Positions 19,985-27,999 of a DNA stretch of 27,999 nucleotides are shown here, one piece after another. A model generated the notes under the pieces. It was not told the origin of the DNA. It did no database searches and worked only from the letters and a program-made list of their open reading frames with translations. The DNA is taken from the NCBI GenBank assembly GCA_024626585.2, contig JANKJI020000002.1:184383501-184411499 (forward strand). Reading direction: 5' to 3'. The DNA is from Ginkgo biloba. Taxonomy: Eukaryota > Plantae > Ginkgophyta. Each line of letters starts with the position of its first letter. Position 1 is the stretch's first letter. The position numbers and the translations under genes are program-made.

Positions 19985-22900
19985 AGGTTGGAGAATAATA
20001 CCCTTCCTAGAGGATTCATTGAGTAATGGTTTGTGAGGCATAATATCCTATAAAGACTCCTAAATGACGCTCATTCAATACTTGATTCACTTGTTCATTA
20101 TCAAAACACCTTAGCAAAAGACCATCATAGCTCCTAAAAAAAAGTATTTTATTAACCAAGACATACTTCATAACTTGAAACTTTATAGGTTACCTATACC
20201 TTTTAGTTAATCAATTTTGATGCATACAATTCTATAAATAGTAGATGATTTCATAGTACTTGGAGTTTGATCTAGCAGTGATAACATTTTCCTCAACATT
20301 TAGGGTTTGTTCATCATAGTCTTCAATTGTTATTTAACTAAGTGTGTATGTGTCTATCTTATATAATTCTTGACTCTTTATGATTCTTGTATGATTAATA
20401 TCTACGTCATACTCCTAGATATTTTAAGACTAATTATCCCACTTTCCATTAAGGTCTTATTGGTTCAACATTATATTCATAGGGGAGAGTGGTACACAGG
20501 CTACTGTGTGTCTAGATAGAATATATGATCTAAAATTTCTTATAGTCAATAATAATCTTACTTTTCTACCATTATGCACCTCAAATCATAATCCTCCAAT
20601 GAACACAATGGTATGTTTATGGCCCTCATCATATTTTTGGAGTAAATGGCCATAACATCCTCTAAGGTGTAGGCTTATATAATGCAATCATTATCAAAAT
20701 ATGGTGCTATAAGCACAAGAGAAATTTTGATTTCCTCTTTGATTTTAAAAAAATCATCTTTAGCCTCCTTTGTCCACCTTAATTCAACTTCTTTCTTTAA
20801 TAATTGAGTAATTGGATAGACAATGCTAGCAAAATCAAGGATGAACCTCATGACAAAATTAATTTTTCCTAGGAAATATTGAACCACCTTCTTAATCGAC
20901 GGTAGTGGAAATTGATGAATAGCCTTAACCCTTCTAGATCAATGTGATCTCCTTCTTTAGAAATAATATACCCCAACAATTTTCCTTGAGTTAGACTAAA
21001 ACTAGATTTTTTTGGATTCAAAGATATGCCAAATTATCTACACCTCTTAAAGATTGATATGAGATACCTAATATGATCTCTTCTATTTCTGGAGAAAATA
21101 GTGAGATCATCTAGATATATTTCAAGGATATTACCAGTCAAACCTTTGAATGTGTAATCCATTTCTCTTTGAAATATAGTGCCTACATTGATTATTTTGA
21201 GAGGTATTTAATAAGTAAAAGTTCCCCATAATGTGGTGAATGTAATTTTATGTCTATCTTCCTTAGTGATCAAAACTTGATTGTAGTCTAAAAATCCATC
21301 CAACATTAACATCATCTCAAATGCAGTTACCATCTGTAGAAATTGGTCCATCCTAAGTAACAAATAATTATTTTTCAGTGAATCTTTATTCAAATTATAA
21401 AAATCCACATAGAGGAAAATCTCTTAATTCTTCTTTCTTATTGGGACAAAATTAGCTAACCAAGTTGAGTAGCATATGGAAAATATAATTACCATAGAGA
21501 GAATATTTTGTAATTATTTCTAGATTATTTCCTATAGATTAGGAATAGCAGGTCTCTAATTCTTCTTGAATGGATTCACTCTAGGCTTTAATAGGATATT
21601 ATGTTGAATGACCTTAGGACAAAAACATTTGAGGTGATCATATGACCAATAAAAAGCATCTTCAAATTCTTATCATAGAAATGTCAACTCTAACTTTTAT
21701 TTCTCAATGCAACATTCACCAATATGAATGATCTTTGGATTTTCTATTGATCTAATATCAATTTGAAGTGTTTTCTAGACAACCTACTTAGATATCTCCT
21801 CTAATTTTAAACTCATTTGTGGCACATCATCTAGATTAAAAAAATACTCTAATATGACCAATCCCTTGGGAATTTTATTTGATATCAACTGAATGATTCC
21901 TTTTTATTTTACAATCTGATTTATCAGGGATTGATTTTGAAGCTTCTTGTCTTCAATGCAATCTACTTTGAACTCTCCATCTNNNNNNNNNNNNNNNNNN
22001 NNNNNNNNNNNNNNNNNNNNNNNNNNNNNNNNNNNNNNNNNNNNNNNNNNNNNNNNNNNNNNNNNNNNNNNNNNNNNNNNNNAATAAGGCAATCCTTAAG
22101 ATTTTCCCTGATTTTATCACTCAGATTCTCAAGAATAATTCCAACACCTATCCTCAATTTTAATTTCGCTCGATCAAAATGCATATTCCAAATGTCGACA
22201 TCCACATCATCTTTCTCCTCTAGATTAATTCAATTGTCCTTAGTTTCTAATGTTGTTAGTATAGTGTATGTACCTAGGCCTATTTCTATGAAGCAAACTT
22301 CATCTTTCACAACGTCTGCATCTTCTATATAAACTTGGTGTCACATCTCTCTTTTTACCTGAATCAACTGGTGTTGATTAGGAATCATCATAAATGATTC
22401 ATTTACGCTCATTAATCCTCTAAGTACCATGATCCCGTCATGTCCTATTAACATGGCATAAGCCTGTAGGAGTTATACTACCAACATGTTCATGACTGTA
22501 TTAAATTGTGGAAATGAATGTATCCTAACACAAAGATCTTTGATTTCACCCACCATCTTCTCAGGTTTAGAATTTATTTCCAATACGAGCTCAAAGGACT
22601 TGGTACATTCCAAACCCAACTTTTTCATAATTGTGTAAGGAATTATGTTATGATCTTCTTAAGTATCAATCATATAATTATGTGATACATAATTATGTAT
22701 CCTTAATGATACATTAAATGATATATTTGAAGGTGATGTAGGTCCCTAATTTCTCATGAGAACTATAATTAGATTAGTGACATTTTCTTGTAATGATTTA
22801 TTTAAATTATCCATTTGGATAGGGAATTTTAACACATCCAATAGAGTCATACTCATTAGGTTTTTAAATAAATTATTAAATACATTATACCCTATACAAG

Positions 22901-24009
22901 TGGAATTATCTACTCTCCTAATTTATTCCAGTCTCTACTGAGGTATAGGTATTTTCTTAGTAGGGTGGGACTTGAATGTCGAAGGTTGATCCTAAGTGAT
23001 ATTCTTTCATCAAAATTAGTTAGTTGTGCTCTAGGTATAAATATATATTTCTTGCATAACTTCCTCCTCACTCTATGCTTTCAATTTAATCACATGGGAC
23101 TACATACAACTTGTTGTTGACATGGAATGGGTGTTACAAGTACCTACTTCCTTTATCTTTTCTGGACAATTCCTAAAATATAACAAAAAATGGGCATGTC
23201 TTCCCTGGATGATCCTCCTAGAAAAAATTATAATAACAAAAGGTTTTAGTATTGGTTGTTCATAAGGGCACCCTCAATTTAGCCTACTAGTTGTGATTCT
23301 AGAAATGGTTATAGTTTGGATGGTACATTGGTCTTCTTCCTTCTCCTACCTATCTCTTTAAAAAGGTTAGTTCATTATTAAGATTTTGGATCAACCTCAA
23401 CATATATAGGGACTTATTAGTAGGTGGTGGATTTATATTTTCTACCTTTATGGGGAAAAGTATAGACTTGTCATCTTACTAGAATAAATAGGGCTGTTAT
23501 CTATTATCTTAGTAGTTATCATTGCATTAGCCAAATTATCCATATTTTTATCCTTAATACTATACCTGATTTTAGGGTCCATAGATTGAATGTGGAAGAA
23601 AAAATAGATCTCATGGTAGGCATAAATTATTATATAATCTTACTTTTCACTTGGTTGAAATGTATATTGAAGTCTTTGATATACTTGATTTCATTTTATA
23701 AATTATCACCAAGTCTTTCAGTAAAGCATGATTATTGACTAGGATACTATATTNNNNNNNNNNNNNNNTGTTAAATTATGCAACTAATATGGCCCAATAT
23801 ATAATGGAGTTCATAGGTGAAGAATTATACCAATGCAAATATTCATCTTCAAAAGTATTAATAAAAAGTATCATGATTACATTTTCTGATGTTACAACTA
23901 GTATAGTATAGGCTTTAGAGACAATGACCAAATATATTCTGGACAAATTGATCCATCTCCTTTGAATCTTGGAAGACAATATTTATATCCACTTGGTAAA
24001 GCATATATA
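19985..24009 (-). mobile_element. gag-pol: Ty3/gypsy Tat-clade gag-pol pseudogene with domain order gag-PR-aRH-RT-RH-INT (integrase truncated)
   Basis: gag LPRFKGDG..ENVIMILFINTFEDEYLHWYNSSPMNSIIYW (23980-23780); protease HNYMIDT*EDHNIIPYTIMKKLGL (~22683-22610); aRH WNMHFDRA..GVGIIL (22190-22130); IQLISNKIPKGLVILE (~21894-21847); RT DFYNLNKDSLKNNY..LDGFLDYNQ..KITFTTLWGTF and IYLDDLTIFS (21408-21090); VQYFLGKINFVMRFI (20887); RH ..EYDVDI (~20410); INT zinc-finger region RSYDGLLLRC..GYYSPTLF (~20135-19985). Confidence 0.93.
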
Positions 24010-25394
24010 NNNNNNNNNNNNNNNNNNNNNNNNNNNNNNNNNNNNNNNNNNNNNNNNNNNNNNNNNNNNNNNNNNNNNNNNNNNNNNNNNNNNNNNNNNN
24101 NNNNNNNNNNNNNNNNNNNNNNNNNNNNNNNNNNNNNNNNNNNNNNNNNNNNNNNNNNNNNNNNNNNNNNNNNNNNNNNNNNNNNNNNNNNNNNNNNNNN
24201 NNNNNNNNNNNNNNNNNNNNNNNNNNNNNNNNNNNNNNNNNNNNNNNNNNNNNNNNNNNNNNNNNNNNNNNNNNNNNNNNNNNNNNNNNNNNNNNNNNNN
24301 NNNNNNNNNNNNNNNNNNNNNNNNNNNNNNNNNNNNNNNNNNNNNNNNNNNNNNNNNNNNNNNNNNNNNNNNNNNNNNNNNNNNNNNNNNNNNNNNNNNN
24401 NNNNNNNNNNNNNNNNNNNNNNNNNNNNNNNNNNNNNNNNNNNNNNNNNNNNNNNNNNNNNNNNNNNNNNNNNNNNNNNNNNNNNNNNNNNNNNNNNNNN
24501 NNNNNNNNNNNNNNNNNNNNNNNATGCCAATTTGAGATCTTCAAGATTGTTGACTAAAGCACGTTTTTGCATTTTTCAAGCTCTGAATAGCCTTACATGT
24601 CATGTATACTTTTTTGGTCATCAACATTCTCATTTCAACACAAAAGTGATTATTAGAGAGCCCCATACTACTATGAATTTCATCTTTAAGACGTTGGGTA
24701 TTATCGTCTTTTGACTGCCTATTATTAGTCTCTGTGTTGCCCATTGTCTCTCTTATAGCAAGGGAATCTCAAAGGAGAAACATTTGAGCATGGAAAGGCT
24801 TGATTGAAATAGAATACTTTTGTAGAAGCCTAACACAGTTGTCTTTTTGAGCTCGATGACTAAAGGAACAAAACAAATTAGACATCCTCCCACACTTTGA
24901 GTAGCACATAGGGTAAAAAAATACCAGCCACTGAGTCTAGGAAATGTCTTATACGTGTTGGAAATAAACCATGTCAAGCGGATATATTGATAGTTGTGAA
25001 GTTGGCAAGCAATATTAAATTTTGATTTAGATATGCTTATAGTCCAAAATGTGGATAAGCAATATTTAGTTTAGATCATGCAAGTTCTTTTGTTCCATTC
25101 ATACCTGATCATTTAGCAACCTATAAAGGGTAAACATAATTGTTCTAGGTTTCTAATCTTGTTGCAGTCCTTTGTATTCTATCATTGTTGTTATAATTTG
25201 TTGTTCGTAGCAATTGCCATTTGTTGTTATTTATTCTCCTACCACTGCTTTTCTCTTCAAGTTTTAGTCTACTTAGTCGATGTCCATTGATTCCCATCTA
25301 CACCTACCTTCTTTCTTCATCCTTGCTATTTAGTCATCATCAATATTTACCTAGGGAGAATTTGGACTCATTCCATACTATCAAAAGACAAAAG

Positions 25395-26007
25395 GTAAGA
25401 CTTGGGATGCAATAAAGATAATGCCAAACAACTCTACCCTAGGCCCAAATGAATTAGTAATAGAATAGTATAAGGTATGCTAAGATCATTAAGCCTCGAG
25501 TAATAGATATTGTGAAGGAATCCCAAGAAAAGGGGTTTATCCATCCAATTGTCAAATTCAAGTTATTTATGTCTTTTCCCAGAAGGCAAATTAGAGGTCA
25601 ATTGCCTTAATCAATACACCTTACAAAATCATCTTAAAAGTCATAGGCAAAATCATAGCAATAAGATTGCAGAGCTTCAACTCACTACTCATTTTGGTCT
25701 CACGAAAATAATTGGCTTAGACTAAATAAAGTTTGAGATGATACAGCATGATTGATGAAATTATGCATTGAATACAAATAAAAAATGGAAATTAAAGGGT
25801 ACAAAGTAGATATAATAAAGGCACTCGAGATGAGATAATGGCCTCTAGGATGGGCAATTTTAGGACAATGGAACTTTCTTAGACTTTTTGTAAAATGCAC
25901 AACAACATGCCTCAAAACTTCAAAATTATCTCTCAAGTCCAATGGAGGCAAACCATTCTTTTTTTCTTTTATGATAGGGATGCCCATTATCACCTACTCT
26001 ATATATT
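25395..26007 (+). mobile_element. LINE (L1-clade) reverse transcriptase remnant
   Basis: WDAIKIMPNNSTLGPNELVIE*YK (cf. KxPGPDGxxxEFY); N*RSIALINTPYKIILKVI..IRLQ at 25589-25672 (cf. WRPIxLxNxxYKIIxKxxxxRL); VDIIKA (cf. LDxxKA); **GCPLSPTLYI at 25972-26007 (cf. RQGxPLSPxLF, CGA CAG>TGA TAG). Confidence 0.88.
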
Positions 26008-26710
26008 CAAGGAATAAATACTTTATCTAGATTCCTGAATTGGTTCACGCGTGGTCAGATATGACGCGAAAGAGTGAGAATAGAAAATGCTACTTACAAG
26101 GTAGGTGTAGGTGATTAGAAATAGAGTTGTGGGATTGCAAGAAAATGACTCATTATATTTTTCCTCCAAAAACTTGAACCCCCTGCAAACCCAATCTCTC
26201 AAAATTTGGTGGGATTATCACTTAATTATCCTTTCTTTCTTTATTTTTAGGTTTTCATTATTGATTTTCTTTAGGAATTATTTTAAGAAGAGAATTTAAG
26301 TGTGCCCATATAATCCTTCTAAACCTCTAAAAAACCAAAATTCAATTGTACTTTATTAATTTTTGGGTCCATGGGATGGAGTAAAGTGACTTGTTCACTA
26401 TTTATCCTTGATCCATACCAAAATCCAAATTCTAAATATGGCCATTGGTATAGTTTTGTATGTGATCTCCTAATTAACTAAAATTTATTTTACACTTAGG
26501 TCCATAATAAAGTAGAATTTCCTTGCATGATTCTAAACTTTAAGAACATAAAACCTTAACAAATTCTTTTTCAACTTAAATTGAATTTGTGTTTGGGTTT
26601 TGTTAGGGGTTGATTTTATTCACTTAACATTCCTCAAAACCCTGAATACTAAAAGGTGTCCTAAAGTGATGGAAGAATTAAGAATTATTTTACTATAAGT
26701 TTACTCTCCT

Positions 26711-26808
26711 ATTGTGTCTCTGATAAATACTTCATAGTTCCCTCTTTTCCTTTTTAGTTTTATATGTTTTTCAAGGTATTTTTACACAATCAATGAAAGA
26801 TAAATAAA
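26711..26808 (+). repeat. Second copy of the ~95-bp dispersed repeat at 19875-19970
   Basis: Direct alignment by eye with 19875-19970. Confidence 0.7.
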
Positions 26809-27999
26809 TTTGCCTCCATTGTAAAACCCCTGAAATACCAAAACTCTGAGTAGTCCTTTTTATAAGTATGAATTGCATATAATAACTCATACGTAAATCC
26901 CCCCTTTTTATGTTCTAAATACCAAATGATTCTAAACAAAAAACTTCTCATATTGAAATTGATCCCATTATTATGATGAATTTTATGCCTATTATCATCC
27001 TCTTCATTACTTGAAGAACTTCCTCAATATTTGATTCCATGTTGATCTCCTAAGTAGCCTTCTCTTGATTACGTATAAAAGTACATGAAAAGTATGGTTT
27101 CTATACATGGGTCAACAAATATATTCTATAAAATACTTTTAGAAAGATGATGTACAAGTAAATATCTATTATAGTGCTTTAACAAAGTGTCTATAAGAGA
27201 TCATTTCATGCTACTCAAAAAATACTTCTTAAAAATAGTAAAAATAGGCCAGAGAGCCCCCTTGGTGATGAAATTGGACTATTATAAAAGGTCCAAAAAC
27301 TTGAACCTAGGGGATACCCTAAACCCTATACTTTTAGAGATTATGTAGAAAGACCCAGCATGTGGCACACTTTAAAGATAATAGTCTATTAGAGAAACCC
27401 TAATAAGTTGGGAAGCCTTCTCACACATTACAATTTTTCCTTAGAAAATAATAAAATGGAATCAATGTATGAATAAAGGAAGAATACGATAAATACATCA
27501 AAATATTTAGTTTTTTAGGAAATCCTAAGGCCTCTGAAATGAAAATAGTGACTTAAAAACCCTTATGTTAATTATTTAAAAAAATGTTCCTCAATAATGA
27601 AAGGGAGTTTTTTGAGTAGTTTTTCCAGCTAACCTTCTTTACATGTGCATTTTGATGATAATTTAAAATGTATATGGATTTCACTTTCTTATTTCCTCTC
27701 TTAAGAAAACTTATCTACCAATGATATAATAAAGATTAAAATGCATTCAATTACTAAGAGAAGATATTTTTTGACATATTGTGAACCTTTATTCAAATAT
27801 TTTATGTCAAAGTCATATTTTCATTGTTGTAATGTTTTTTCACTAGTTAGTTTTCTATAATTAATGTTATAATTTTTTCTATACATATATTGTTTCTTGC
27901 CAAATTTCATACTATTAAAACTAAAAATGGATCAAAAAATGAATCACGAGGATCATATGCTACTTCAATATAAAAGATAAAGATAAGCACATAAACCCA

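Noticed and set aside
24956-25330. Possible solo LTR starting TGTTGGAAATAA with tataaaggg near 25122
   Set aside because: No matching CA end, TSD, PBS or second copy identified.

Overview
AT-rich, CpG-depleted, heavily gapped (about 15 N-runs) plant draft-genome window with no recognisable host gene; it is a pile of decayed retroelements. Contents: (1) three pieces of one Ty1/copia family at 1-6400 whose primer-binding site matches the anticodon arm of plant initiator tRNA-Met (half-tRNA priming), including a 204-bp in-frame tandem duplication of the protease core and a ~380-bp inverted copy; (2) at least five minus-strand Ty3/gypsy fragments (a gag with two CCHC knuckles, an Athila-like gag-protease, an RNaseH-integrase, a chromovirus-like gag-protease with Met PBS, and a Tat element ordered PR-aRH-RT-RH-INT, which suggests a gymnosperm host); (3) a LINE-1-type RT remnant; (4) the most unusual item, a Penelope-like element (PLE) reverse transcriptase fossil at 16844-17470 that the ORF track misses, with motifs more like the Chlamys/Naiad-type PLEs than conifer Dryads; (5) two non-coding repeat arrays, one a ~22-bp-period array of 14-bp palindromes. 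All domain calls come from manual translation and motif recall, not database searches. No intact novel multi-gene system is evident.
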